This document shows positions 1 to 12,870 of a stretch of DNA of 64,000 bases, in pieces (positions within the stretch are counted from its first letter, which is position 1; each line of letters begins with the position of its first letter). The stretch is from the NCBI GenBank assembly GCA_030141605.1, contig JAQGDQ010000759.1, forward strand, positions 36,908 through 100,907. The letters run 5' to 3'. The DNA is from Tubiluchus corallicola. Taxonomy: Eukaryota > Animalia > Priapulida. The position numbers and the translations under genes are program-made. The notes beneath the pieces are model-generated. The model saw nothing but the letters and a program-made list of their open reading frames with translations. It did not search any database and was not told where the DNA came from.

Positions 1-321
1 ACTGAAGTCTATTTTGTATTGCTAAATTCTTTGAGGCATATTTGTATTGAGTACTTTAATCACGAAATTTTTTACTTTGTTTGAAAGAAGTATTACTGTA
101 CCACTTTTGAGAGCTGTAGAAGTGTCGCGAATTGTTTTTAGATATTTAAATATTTTGTAAAACTTTTGTAAAATTGTCTTATTGCAATTTGTCAATCAGT
201 ATTACATGGCTTAATTGTGGATATAGGCCATCAATAAAAAAAACTGAACTAGATCTTCCAAGTTTTCGATAATTTGTAACTTGTACAAATGTGTACTTTG
301 AAAATGTTGATGTGTATTTGT

Positions 322-791
322 TAGGGTTACCATATTGTCTGAGTTGAAAAAGAGGACTCTTTTTCGCACACTTGTAAGTAGGCAAAATGACCAGTCTAGG
401 GTCTGTTCAAACAATGCAAAATAAAATGCAAGTGCTCACGGAAGCTGACGCCATTTTAAGTCGTTAGCGAATACGCCGAGCATCAACAGCGGTGTGAGTC
501 GTGTGACCCATAGTGATGTGCGCATCGCTTACTTTTGTTCAGTAAATATGTACACAAAGCTTTTACAAGAGTTGCATTTTGAGATGTTAGCAACATCTTG
601 TATTGAAAATTAACGAGCTTTTCTTTGTCTCGTACTATCGTACGCTTCTGCAGTCAGTAACGTCCGTACATGCTTATGGATTGAGGCAAAACCCGGACAA
701 ACTGTCAATTTTTTGAAAACCCGCCCGGACGCCCGGACAGAGACCCAAAAAGAGGACGTGTCCAGGGAAACCCGGACGTATGGTAACCCTA
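322..791. mobile_element. hAT-type MITE
   Basis: TIR TAGGGTTACCATA / TATGGTAACCCTA; 8-bp TSD GTATTTGT / GTATTTGC. Confidence 0.85.
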
Positions 792-889
792 GTATTTGCA
801 AAAAAATTCAGCATGATCGTGGTATATGCTTGACTGATAAAGTTGAGCAACATCCAGACCAAGTTATTAATTATATGTGTGATAGTTGC

Positions 890-1380
890 CAGAGCGAGAT
901 TATGACCTTTTGGGGCCCCTAAGCTAATGAAATGATGGGGCCCCCAGACGGAGCCACTCTCTAATTTGCTCGCACTCGTCTCGAATATTTTTACTTGTGA
1001 TTTATTTCAGCAACATTTGCACAATTTGGGGCCCATTATCTCAAACAAAGGGCGTCGAACAAGGGCCCTTTTAAATAAAAGGCCTTAAACAAAGATCCTT
1101 TATCTTAAGTGAGGAGCCACTTTAAAATTGGATTCAGACTTTCCTGCCTCCTTTTTAAGTTAAAATTTTATTTTAAGTTATAATGATGAATTATTCAGCA
1201 ATGCAAAGTATGCAGCAAGCTTGACGGGCCCTAGGCTGCAGCCTATAGGGTAATCCAGCCCCCACCCCAAGCTTGAGGGGCCCTAGGCTGCAGCCTATAC
1301 TAGGGTAATCCAGCCCCCACCCCAAGCTTGAGGGGCCCTAGGCTGCAGCCTATACTAGCCTATAGGGTAATCCAGCCCTG
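890..1380. mobile_element. MITE-like element with triplicated subterminal repeat
   Basis: Imperfect TIR CAGAGCGAGATTA / TAATCCAGCCCTG, GGGCCCC motifs, three ~51-55-bp repeats at 1217-1380. Related ends near 27530-27585 and 37915-38020. No TSD seen. Confidence 0.55.
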
Positions 1381-2839
1381 ACGGCTTCTGATCAATTTCA
1401 CAAATCATATCGCCTTGTTAACAGAGGGCAATTTAGGGCGCAGAGTACGCCACTGGCCGAAGCAGGACACTTCCGCTAAAGCGCAAGGCTAAATTTACGA
1501 AAAAGTACATGGGCAGCCGAAGAAAGGGCACTGGCGATTTCTGTGGAGAATTAGGACATAATAAACATAAAACTAATTTTGTTTTAGAAAAAGGTAACTT
1601 TTATAATAATGACAGATAGTCCTTGACAATTTACAAATGTATTTTTACAAGGATATAATCATTATTATTAGCTCCATTAATATCATCATAACATTAAGCT
1701 AAATATCTAATGCTTTAAAGAGAGAAACTATGTAGGGCACATAACTCGCTAACCCGTTTACTTAGTAGAAAACAATTATTTGTCCAAGAGGTAGTGAAAC
1801 GGATCACCTGTCTGTGAAGCAAGACAAAAAATGATATATCTGAAGCAAATGTTGGAATCGCCAAAAATGCGGGTTTATTTCACTTCAAAAACATTAACAC
1901 TCGAAACCTAATTTAATAATGGCCATTCTACTAGCTCAGAATAAGATTCTTTTATTTTATCAGATGTTAATAAATTATCAACGTGTATTGATGTTTTCAA
2001 TTAATATTATTAAATAAAAAAGGACAAGGGATGCTGCCATTACGAACGACTCGATTCATGACCTGTCTCTAGTGTCCTACTTGGGCAGACCATGTACGAC
2101 GCGTCCTACTTGGGCTAGTGTCCTACTCCGCTCGCAACAGGCAAGACTGTTGTATGCATCAGAATGTAACTAAGAATGGGCATTCAAAATAGAAGCACCC
2201 AAGCGTGAATAATTGCAGTCTTGCGGTGATTGTACTATGTACTAATCACACGAGGTAGTTACCGCACTTTTATTATTAAATCTCTCTAATGTTTTTCGCA
2301 AATAAGCCTAACTTTCCAGAAGGCTTGATCTTTTTTTAAGTGATAAACTACTAAATATGTCTTAACAAGCACTTTTTCAAAATTTTTGTGGAAATGCGCA
2401 ACGGGAATTTATGCGCTTAACAGGAGCATCATAAGATCGTAAAAAAATTACAGTTGTATAAGAATTTATTTGTACATAAACCTAAATGAGATTCGCGGTG
2501 GCAAAACCCTGCTGAAAATAGAAAATGACGAATGAGTTATTTACATTATAAAAGAGTAACACCAGATTACATTTATTACAGGTAAATAATTGTACCTGTC
2601 TAATTACTAATACAACACTTTGTAATTTCCAGACCTGAATTATTTACAATACGAAATAATATGTAATGGGTTAGTAGAAAATATATAGATATACGCTAGC
2701 TGTCTAATTAGCAAAGTTTGCATAAACACTAGCTCCAATTTGGTGATATATAGCCTCACAAGTATGATGATAATTAAAACGATGGATATAAAAAATATAA
2801 AATGTCACAAACGTGGCTGGAGGTCTTGGCTGGGTTAGA

Positions 2840-3342
2840 AACAAGCCTTTTCCCAGTTTCGTTGTGCGCACGCATAGTTGCTGTGGGTCAAAGGTCAAGA
2901 GTACCACAGCAACGCATCTTAATTACAACCGTCACGCGACATATAGGTAAAGCAAAGACGTCTGCCACATCAGTTCAGTAACTGCAGTTGTTTTACACGG
3001 GCTCTACTCAGTTATACAATAGTCTGTGCGCAAAGTGATTGTTACACATGGGTAAAAGCAAAGACGTCTGCCGCATCAGTTCAGCAACAGCAGTTGATTT
3101 ACACGGACTTACATTACATTACATTACACGGCATTACATTAGTCTGTGCGCAAAGTGGTTTACTAGCAGAAACAAGAAAAAATGAAGCAGGCAAGGTTCT
3201 AGCTAGCAGTTAAACCTGTTACTATTACAATAGATTGGGCAACGAGGCGTTGTCAGGTGTACACAAGTGCGCTGTCTGGTACACATAACCTTTGACCTTT
3301 TCACAATCATCATCAACTGCTGGAACTGTGAAAAGGATTATT
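2840..3342. mobile_element. MITE (possibly PIF/Harbinger-like), copy 1 of 3
   Basis: Imperfect TIR AAYAAGCCTTTTC...GAAAAGGMTTATT; homologous to 6820-7021 and 60748-61140. Confidence 0.7.
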
Positions 3343-3613
3343 GCTTTACTGCACATGCAATAAAAAATCCCTTTTTATATTGATCACAATTTAAAATGGA
3401 TGGAATTTACAAAAAGCCTGTGTGGAATGAATCCAAATAACACAACCAATACAATACACATTACAACAAACATAATTATAAACTACTTTCTGAATAAAAA
3501 TTTTAAGTTAATGAGACCAGTCACCATGACAACAAATTGATTACTAAAAAACAAATCATATAAAATACACGAGTGCAAAATTTTGACGAAAACCAATCTA
3601 CACCCTATACACA

Positions 3614-4050
3614 TAGGCCCTATTTCAAGGGGGGGAGTGGGGATACTTCCCCGGGGCCTCACCCTCCAGGGGGGCCTCGCGCCAAGGTAACTTTTTTGCT
3701 TTATGCGAACATACTGCCTCCTCTCTCTCTCTCTCTCTCTCTCTCCCTCTCCCTCTCCCTCTCCCTCTCTCTCTCTCTCTCTTGCTCTCCCTCTCCCTCC
3801 TCTCTCTCTCTCTCTTGCTGCACGCGCGCCGTTTGCCAGTATTGACAAGCATTAAGGACTGATCTTGAGAATAAAGCAGTTTTTCTTTCAATTGTTCTTT
3901 CCTTTAACAACTGTATAACTCCATATTTTCTCTTCGAAAATGCTTCTCCGGCGTTCTAGCAGTTCAAAAATTTTCTGCGCGCCAACCATGGTGGCGCCCG
4001 CTCCCACCCGCCCAGTCACCCGGGCCTCGCTTAGGCTGAAATAGACCCTG
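3614..4050. mobile_element. hAT-type MITE with internal (CT)n
   Basis: TIR TAGGCCCTATTTCA / TGAAATAGACCCTG; TSD TATACACA / TATACATA. Confidence 0.8.
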
Positions 4051-4498
4051 TATACATATCATAATAATTATAGGGAAAAAACTTAGTTCTGAAAAAAATT
4101 CATTGTCTCCATTGATTAACAAGATAGCTGTTACGATTATATACATATAAAATGACACAAACTCTTAAGACAAACTAATAGGCAAGGGACATTTCAAAAT
4201 ATGTGAATTAAAAAGGTTACAGCTTTACACAAAATTCAACATTGAGTATTGAAACATATTCTAAACACTTTAGAATCACAACACAAAATTAATGGCATGA
4301 TTTTCTTAAAGTTATTATAGTCCACGTAATAAAATTAATGACAAACTAGTTTTGCCAAAAGTAACTACCAAAACTAAAAAAATGCACATTTGCATCTGCA
4401 AAATGTTTTCCATTGATAAAAATGCAAAAAACTCATTGTACACATACATATGTATACAATGATTTTTTTGTGTTTTTACTTAGTATAATATGTATATA

Positions 4499-4639
4499 TA
4501 TGTATGTATGTATGTATGTAGGTACGTATGTATGTATGTATGTATGTAGGTACGTATGTACGTATGTATGTATGTACGTAGGTACGTACGTATGTATGTA
4601 TGTATGTATGTATGTATGTATGTATGTATGTATGTATGT
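4499..4639. repeat. (TATG)n microsatellite
   Basis: Directly visible. Confidence 0.95.
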
Positions 4640-4998
4640 TTCTATGTTTGTTTGTTGGTACATATGTATGCATGTATACAATGAGTTTTTTGTTTTTATC
4701 AATGGAAAACCAGGTGCATATATACATACGCATATTCCTGATTTGTTCCTATAACTAGTACATTATTAGCTGCAAAAGAAGTTAAAAAACCGATAAATTA
4801 ATATTTTATATAAAAGTTCTAATGAAAGAACCTGAGCTGCCAGGAACAGTGTAACAATGTTTTGCGCATGTTGAAGATTAGTCATATAAGTTTTATTACA
4901 ACAACGCAGTTTCAAAAACAAGTTGGCAAGCATTTATTGCACACACGATTTCAAATGTGCAGCTATGCAAATTTACCAATACGATATCTCGCCAAGAA

Positions 4999-5336
4999 CA
5001 GCGGCGGCTCATGTGTGGGCACTGTGGAACTGCAGCACCCCCTATTTTCACTCGATATTATTGATATTATTCAATATAATGAGTGTTTTTTTCTTTGATT
5101 CTTCCTTTACGTTTGAACATACTTATAAATCCTTGAATGGAAGTAGACCGCATGACGGAACTGTGTGGTTCACAGCTCTAGCAACGTGTTTGGCTGTTGT
5201 GCGCATGCAGCCATGCGTCCATGTCTGAGATAAACATTGCACGCTAGGTAGAGAGAGCACTGTCGCCAATATAAAAACTATGGTAAACATTTTCTGAAGC
5301 AGCACCCCAACTAACCTGACCTACGAGCCGCCACTG
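4999..5336. mobile_element. hAT-type MITE
   Basis: TIR CAGCGGCGGCTC / GAGCCGCCACTG; TSD GCCAAGAA / GCCGAGAA. Confidence 0.8.
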
Positions 5337-5378
5337 GCCGAGAATAAAGTAACACATGAGATTCATTAAAATGAGTAA

Positions 5379-5839
5379 CAGGGATGAGAATGACAAATTG
5401 CAAAAAACTCTGAAACAGGCCGGTGGTTTGGGGGCCGCGTAGGCCATAGAGAGCCTCTAAGTGGACTTAAAATATCAATTACCTTGTTTCATCCATAATT
5501 CAAAATACCCAACTATCAAGGATACATGATACCTAATTGTCTCAAAAACGTCTAAGTACTGGCCGCTGCTATGCAAAAATATATAAAAACTGTCTGCAAT
5601 TGACTCAAATAACTCCGCACAATTGATTCTATATTTTTATACATAGAGATATACACGTGGTTACACTGATGTACGTGATGTAAACAAAGTGACGGCCTGC
5701 CAACTAGCGGTCAGCTTGTGAAATAATGTACTGGGTCCGTAAAAGTTTTCTCAACGAATTTACGAGATTTACAAAAATGGCACTACTGGTCTTCCAAAAA
5801 CTCGGAATTCCACGTATCTGCAGAAAACTCTCATCCCTG
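5379..5839. mobile_element. MITE family CAGGGATGAGAA, copy 1
   Basis: TIR CAGGGATGAGA / TCTCATCCCTG; near-identical to 9889-10440 and, inverted, to 31786-32291. Confidence 0.9.
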
Positions 5840-5936
5840 ATAATAAGGTAACACATGAGATTCATTAAAATGAGTAAAACCAGAAAAACTTTGGTCCCTT
5901 GTCTAATGTTCCACGTTCAGGTTTTCTAGCTTTGCG

Positions 5937-6022
5937 TTATGACATCAGTATGGCCGGAATGCAAGCAATCGTAACTAGCAGAAAAATGGAAAATGCGCGT
6001 ACGGTTGCTACATCACTGGTTT
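5937..6022 (-). CDS. Lachesin-like gene, terminal exon 8 (GPI-anchor signal)
   Basis: TTTTTTTCAG acceptor in the correct phase; ETSDVATVRAFSIFLLVTIACIPAILMS* is a hydrophobic C-terminus with no cytoplasmic tail. Confidence 0.8.
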
Positions 6023-6052
6023 CTGAAAAAAATGAAAGAAGCAATGATGACA

Positions 6053-6445
6053 TATCCCAAAGATAGTGCGGGTAGTTTTCTCTACTAGATCGGATGCCAT
6101 TAACCCTTACAAGACAGTTGTAGCTTAATGTCACTGTACTACACAGACTGTGTGATACACATTACTAATATGCATTGTAATGAAATTACCACTATCTGTC
6201 CTGAAAGTAGAAATATATGGTTTGTAATATAAATTTTAATAACTTCTAAAATAGTTTCTTGAGTGTAGTAGTAATGATGTACGCAGGTTGAATGCAAAAA
6301 AAATTGTTATTAGGCCTTTCTGTGCTTGGCTCCTTGATCAAACTGCCTGTGGCCCGAAGGAATTGCGGGAAAGTTTAATGTGGCCTGCAGGAATTGCGGG
6401 AAAGTTCAATGTGGCTCGGCTAGTCAGATGACTTGCACACCCCTG
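6053..6445. mobile_element. Truncated copy of the 26520-27009 MITE in the last lachesin-like intron
   Basis: Colinear with 26642-27009 and ends CACCCCTG. Confidence 0.88.
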
Positions 6446-6477
6446 CACTATGCATTTCAGTAGCAAAGAGAACTCAC

Positions 6478-6771
6478 CCAATAACTGGACCTCTCCATCG
6501 TCGGCACCCTTTTCGTTCTCCGCATGGCAACGGTACTCTCGGAAATGGTCGGACGTAACGAAGCTGATGCTCAGCTTGCTGGACTTCATCTCATTCCCGG
6601 CAACCGCACTCGTCGATTTGAAGCTGTCGTCAATGTTTCTCACCAGTTCGCCGAAGTCGTTGTACCATTCGACCCACACTTCGGGAAAGCCTTCGATTAT
6701 ACACTCGAGTTCGGCAGAGCCGTCTAGCGCTACGTAGACCTCTTTCTGCGGCACCATCACGGTTGGAGGAA
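6478..6771 (-). CDS. Lachesin-like gene, exon 7 (Ig3)
   Basis: FPPTVMVPQKEVYVALDGSAELECIIEGFPEVWVEW...DHFREYRCHAENEKGADDGEVQLL; TTGCAG / GTGAGT sites. Confidence 0.95.
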
Positions 6772-6819
6772 CTGCAAAATGAATGTCAGCAAATAACATT
6801 TTCCACTTAGCTCTTGGGT

Positions 6820-7021
6820 AAAAGTCATGTCCAAGTAAACAAGCTTGGAAACAAGAAAAAATGAACTAGCTAAGGTTCTAGCTAGCTGCTAAAATGGTTA
6901 CTATTACAACAGCATGAGCTGCGAGGCGTTGGCAAGTGTACACAAATCAGTTGTCTGGTACATTTAACCTTTGACCTTTTCACAATCATCATTAATCGCT
7001 GGAATTGCGAAAAGGCTTATT
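6820..7021. mobile_element. Truncated copy of the 2840-3342 MITE
   Basis: Shares AAACAAGAAAAAATGAA...CTAGCTAGC...CCTTTGACCTTTTCACAATCATCAT...GAAAAGGCTTATT. Confidence 0.75.
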
Positions 7022-7138
7022 AATAAAACCTTTAAGTTTATTATAAAGCACAATTAACCTTGCCGCAAATTGGTCCATTAATTAATCTATTTCAACATGG
7101 TCCATTTCTTGTTATACAGATTCACTCACTATACTTAC

Positions 7139-7254
7139 ATTCCACTAAAACAGGAATAGAACGTTTATCACTTGGTTCAACGCCGTTCTCAGCATGGCAA
7201 ATGTAGATGCCTCTGTCTTCTCTCTTGATACTGTCTATAACCATCGTGTTGCCC
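7139..7254 (-). CDS. Lachesin-like gene, exon 6 (end of Ig2)
   Basis: GNTMVIDSIKREDRGIYICHAENGVEPSDKRSIPVLVE; TTACAG / GTAAGT sites; not in the ORF track. Confidence 0.95.
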
Positions 7255-7643
7255 CTGTAACGAAGATTAAAATGGAGAACGTCGGTAAGTTAAGGAATTC
7301 ATGACCAACATTAATAGTAATAGTAACTGTTTATTGAATAGGGATCATCTGCGTAATCTTGCTACCAATGTTATTACCATCTTACTTCACTATAATTGAC
7401 AAACTGTGTCAGGTCCTGAGTGGGAGCGATTTGTGTCATAGAAGTCGTCACAACTCAAAAAATTTGAAAAATTGACAGAATCTTGACAAAAATTGCTACT
7501 CTGAAAATACGGAATACAGTTGACGAAATGCATGTTTAGTTGATTGTTCAGCATTCTTATAAAATGATTGCATATTATGGATTAGTATTGTGTCTTTTGT
7601 GAAAACTGATTTCTAAATATAAGTACATGCTTATTTAAGATCG

Positions 7644-7790
<147 letters not shown>

Positions 7791-8010
7791 TCGTACGTGT
7801 CTGTAGGGAAATAAAACTAATATTTAATATCAGTCCTCAATAACGAACAACTATTTGTTTATTTACAAGATTCAGTTTTAGTAACACACCACAAGAAGTT
7901 ATTGCCAAATGTGCAAAGTCAACGTGGCCCTGTTAAAAGGCAACTAACTACGTAGTGAAAGGGTTAAGCATGTTCAAAAAAAAAATCATGATCTGTGCAA
8001 AAGAAATTAC

Positions 8011-8167
8011 CAAAATTGAAATCCTCCCATGGGTAATATGGCTTCATTTTCCCTTTGCCAGTACACGCGTGGTGCAGGATACCCCGTAGCATTGCATTCC
8101 AGGTACACCTTTGTGTGCTCCCCCACCTGCAAATTCCGAGTACTCTCTTGTGTGATGATAGGGGGCG
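8011..8167 (-). CDS. Lachesin-like gene, exon 5 (Ig2)
   Basis: PPIITQESTRNLQVGEHTKVYLECNATGYPAPRVYWQRENEAILPMGGFQF; the CxAxGYPxPxxxWxRENxAILPxGG pattern is typical of lachesin Ig2. Confidence 0.95.
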
Positions 8168-8435
8168 CTAGAAATCGAAAAATTATTTTTACTTTGATGC
8201 ACAAATGAAAGTATCGATGTTCAAGTGAAGAACTGCAGAACATAAATGTAATCAAATAAACAAGAGATAAAATTCGCATAGTAATGAACCTGAATCATTA
8301 ACGTTGTTGATTACAAAGTGTACATAATTGTAGATATACATAAAAGTAGACATTTTTTATATTGTAGTAATTTAGCGTAATAAACTCGGGCATGTCACAT
8401 GACTTTAGTTTAACAAACAAGACTATAAAAACAAG

Positions 8436-8699
8436 ACCAGACAATTTAGTCTAGTGGTAATGCGTCCGCTTTCCATCTGGGAGGTCGTGAGTTCGAACCA
8501 GCGGCCGGGTCATACCAAAGACTTTAAAAATGGTACCGCTGTTGCCCTGCCTGGCGACTGGTATTTAGGGTAAAAGTGGGGCAATAATAGCCTCTGTTAT
8601 GTAGTTGTAGGTTGTTATTTACAGTCGGCGATAATAGCTCTTTGAGCTAATGTTAATTGTTGACCCAAAAGCCGATTATTATTATTATCATTATTATTA
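8436..8699 (+). mobile_element. tRNA-derived SINE, copy 1
   Basis: A-box TAGTCTAGTGG, B-box GTTCGAACC, central GGGTCATACCAAAGACTTTAAAAATGGTACC domain, (ATT)n tail; second copy at 56905. Confidence 0.85.
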
Positions 8700-9888
8700 A
8701 GACAAAAACAAAAACAAACAAGAATAGTTCACACGTTATTTTCAACGGAAATCAATATTCCAAAAATTCTAATGCGGTGCAGATCAAAAAAATTATATGC
8801 AAATTACAGATTCATAAATTATTAGCTTCCCTGCAAACACTGAATTATTTTTCTAAAGTAAGTCAGCTCATAGCCGTATTGATGTATGCTAGGTCTGGTT
8901 TACCTGAAGCTGTATTTTTTACTTGATTTTATTTAATTGTATTTTTTTACCTGCATCTTGGCAAATTCACACTATCAACGACGCAAGGTAGTATTTTTAT
9001 TTTTCTCTAGCTATTCAGAAATCTAAAAAATTTTTAGTATAAAAATATTTTATTCTAATGAAGAAAGATTTAGTAATTTGCAATTAATATATAATGATTT
9101 AGTCTATAAACGTCGCAAGTTAGATAGTTTTTATTTTACAGTTCAAAGCAAAATTGAAAATGAAAAGCTATCTGTCATTTTTTTAGAATAAATATCTCAT
9201 TTCTTAAAATAAAGCCAGTAAAATTTATTAAGAGGAAAAGCGATAAAGGAAAACCAGACGATTGTGTAAACATTAGTTGAAAATAAAGTATCCGTTAAAA
9301 TATTGAAAACTACAACGGCTCGTTTTAAAACAAAGCTTATTAATTCGGATAGTTAAATAATGCAAACTTTCAAATCTACGCGCAGCTCAGGGAATCAACT
9401 ACCGCACGCAATGGCGGATCTTTCTGTCACATTCGCACATCAGACAAATAGGCGAGGTACCGTGATAAGCGCGATCATGAACTGCCGTGTTCATCTGTAA
9501 AGTCAGAGTGACGAAGAGCTCATTATCACATTAGTGCCTTATAGCAACATTTGCTTGCGCAATCGTGCTTGGCGCGCAGGGAAGATGCCTACTATTGCAC
9601 AAACTGTGGTTAGTTTGTGACGTAAGCGATAATGGTGTTCGGTCGCAATTAATTAATTAACTAACTTTTCAAGGTAATTAATCAAATACTAGAAACAATT
9701 GCTAACTTTTACAGGCAAGAAATTGTATACTGTATTTTGGGACAGTAAATTAAAGTGACATCTAATCAATCGTCCGGTTTTCCTTTCAGCGATAGATCGT
9801 CATCTCGTAATTTTGTGAGTTCTGTTTATCATATCTCAGGCATTAAAGATGCCATAAATGGCAAAAAGGCGAAGCCAGAGAGGAGAGG

Positions 9889-10440
9889 CAGGGATGAGAA
9901 TGATAAATTGCAAAAAACTCTGAAAGAGGCCGGGGATTTTGTAGCTGCCTAGGCCTCCAATGGGGTTGAGGGGCAAAGCCCCCATGCGGGTTCAAGGGGG
10001 GCGAAACCCCCTTGCAGACAGCAACAAATTGCAATTTTGTGACCATAGAGAGCCTCTAAGTGGACTTAAAATATCAATTACCTTGTTTCATGCATAATTT
10101 AAAATACCCAACTATCAAGGATACATGATGCCTAATTGTCTCAAAAACGCCTCAGTACTGGCCACTCCTATGCAAAAGTATATAAAAACTGTCTGCAATT
10201 GACTCAAATAACTCCGCACAATTGATTCTATATTTTTATACATAGAGCTATACACGTGGTTACACTGATGTACGTGATGTAAACAAAGTGACGGCCTGCC
10301 AACTAGCGGTCAGCTTGTGAAATAATGTACTGATGGTCCGTAAAAATTTTCTCAACAAATTTACGCGATTTACAAAAATGGCACTACTGGTCTTCCAAAA
10401 ACTCGGAATTCCTCGTATCCGCGGAAAATTCTCATCCCTG
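9889..10440. mobile_element. MITE family CAGGGATGAGAA, copy 2
   Basis: TIR CAGGGATGAGAAT / ATTCTCATCCCTG; 6-bp duplication GAGAGG. Confidence 0.9.
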
Positions 10441-10517
10441 GAGAGGTAATAAAAGCGCAAATTTACGACCAAAACATAAAACACCAATAATCGGATGAGA
10501 GTTTACACTCAACTCAC

Positions 10518-10602
10518 AGTGTATTGTTATGAATGTGCTACGTGAAACCACTGATGTTGCAGCAATCTGGCATTGATATTCGCCTGCATCCTCTTCATAC
10601 AC
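10518..10602 (-). CDS. Lachesin-like gene, exon 4 (end of Ig1)
   Basis: VYEEDAGEYQCQIAATSVVSRSTFITIH with the Ig DxGxYxC motif; TTGCAG / GTGAGT sites. Confidence 0.93.
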
Positions 10603-10734
10603 CTGCAAATAACAAAACTTAAAATAAAGTATGCACGTTGAGGAAGGATGCAAAAAATTGCAAAGTGGTTTCAGCACCTCTTGTAGAAAATTTTAGCTGA
10701 CAACATAGAATTTGCAGAAAGCGTGAAGTATATT

Positions 10735-11983
10735 AGACTGAAAACAGCATTGACTGTTGTAGACTGCTTCACTCTGGTGGTTGAAACAAAGAATATGTAT
10801 TGTGTTGAACTGTGAGAGACTGAAGTTAGTATAGACTGTTGTAGGCTGGTTCACTCTGGTGGTTGAAACAAAGAATATGAAATTGTGTTGAACTGTGAAA
10901 GACTGAAGTTAGTATAGACTGTTGTAGGCTGCTTCACTCTGGTGGTTGAAACAAAGAATATGAAATTGTGTTGAACTGTGAAAGACTGAAGTTAGTATAG
11001 ACTGTTGTAGACTGGTTCACTCTGGTGGTTGAAACAAAGAATATGAAATTGTGTTGAACTGTGAGAGACTGAAGTTAGTATAGACTGTTGTAGACTGGTT
11101 CACTCTGGTGGTTGAAACAAAGAATATGAAATTGTGTTGAACTGTGAGAGACTGAAGTTAGTGTAGACTGTTGTAGACTGGCTCACTCTGGTGGTTGAAA
11201 CAAAGAATATGAAATTGTGTTGAACTGTGAGAGACTGAAGTTAGTGTAGACTGTTGTAGACTGGCTCACTCTGGTGGTTGAAACAAAGAATATGAAATTG
11301 TGTTGAACTGTGAGAGACTGAAGTTAGTGTAGACTGTTGTAGACTGGTTCACTCTGGTGGTTGAAACAAAGAATATGAAATTGTGTTGAACTGTGAAAGA
11401 CTGAAGTTAGTGTAGACTGTTGTAGACTGGTTCACTCTGGTGGTTGAAACAAAGAATATGAAATTGTGTTGAACTGTGAAAGACTGAAGTTAGTATAGAC
11501 TGTTGTAGACTGGTTCACTCTGGTGGTTGAAACAAAGAATATGAAATTGTGTTGAACAGTGAAAGACTGAAGTTAGTATAGACTGTTGTAGACTGGTTCA
11601 CTCTGGTGGTTGAAACAAAGAATATGAAATTGTGTTGAACTGTGAAAGACTGAAGTTAGTGTAGACTGTTGTAGACTGGCTCACTCTGGTGGTTGAAACA
11701 AAGAATATGAAATTGTGTTGAACTGTGAGAGACTGAAGTTAGTATAGACTGTTGTAGGCTGGTTCACTCTGATGATTGAAACAAAGAATATGAAATTGTG
11801 TTGAACTGTGAGAGACTGAAGTTAGTGTGGACTGTTGTAGACTGGCTCACTCTGGTAGTTGAAACAAAGAATATGAAATTGTGTTGAACTGTGAGAGACT
11901 GAAGTTAGCATAGACTGTTGTAGACTGGCTCACTCTGGTAGTTGAAACAAAGAATATGAAATTGTGTTGAACTGTGAAAGACT
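10735..11983. repeat. 83-bp minisatellite, ~15 copies
   Basis: Unit GACTGTTGTAGACTGGTTCACTCTGGTGGTTGAAACAAAGAATATGAAATTGTGTTGAACTGTGARAGACTGAAGTTAGTRTA. Confidence 0.97.
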
Positions 11984-12309
11984 TTATGTCTATTTACATA
12001 TTACACTATGTGACCATTCAACAGCTATGCTCAAGAGGAAAAAACCCTGGAAGAGCTACCCAAGTCACATGCATCTACTGAGCTTACATGATTAGCCAGT
12101 GAAACTCACTAGCAATTTACGCCACCATGTATGGAAAGCCCAGCAGGTACAGGTGACTGAGCAGCAGACCAGGGCCACAACCTGGATTAAACTTGAGTCA
12201 GTTTAATAAGAAATAATTTTAAATGTAGGTGGCTTATCAGTAGTAGTGACTTAAATTAAGAATCGCAAATGAAAATGTGCGACAGATGCATTTCAGTGTT
12301 TGTTTATCA

Positions 12310-12870
12310 TTATTATGAATTATGAATTTATTCCACAGCAACTCAAACATACATATAAATTGATATTACATTGAAAAAAAAATAAACTATGCGAGTTACT
12401 GTGAGGAGAAGGAAGGAGCATTGAGCTTTCGAGTCCTCCTCCAGATAAGTGAAACAATTGACAATTAACATTACATTTTCATCAGTTATAACGTACATTA
12501 GAACAAAATAAGTTTTGTTAGTAACTTAAGATCAGGATGAGTAAAATTGTGAGTTAATTATACCGTTGTAGTACGTAATTCTTTGATGCTTTTTTAAATT
12601 GATAAAGATTAAGAGTTTTCATTTCATGCGGAATTGATGACCATATTTTAATAACATTATATTTTGATGACTGTTTCATTATATTTGTTTTTGGAAGGGG
12701 GAGTACATAGTTTCCAAGTGAATATCTTGTGTAATGATCATATTGATTTGAAACTGGACTAAAGTATGACTGAAAAGCTGGTGGAAGTAGTGAATTATGA
12801 TACTGATTCATGAAATGAAGACAACACATGTCATATATTTCTTTCACTTTAAGAGTTTTAACAGACAAAT
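12310..12870 (-). mobile_element. Non-LTR retrotransposon 3' fragment (CR1/L2 group)
   Basis: HYTR..NYVLPLPKTN...KIWSSIP.EMK C-terminal pattern, 3'UTR stem-loop, AT-rich tail. Confidence 0.7.

Noticed and set aside
5123-5305. Signal-peptide-like small ORF (MFTIVFILATVLSLPSVQCLSQTWTHG...), superficially a neuropeptide precursor
   Set aside because: Lies entirely inside a MITE (4999-5336, TIRs plus TSD) and has no G-K/R amidation or dibasic cleavage site.
8445-8510. tRNA gene
   Set aside because: No complete acceptor stem; it is the head of a repeated SINE.
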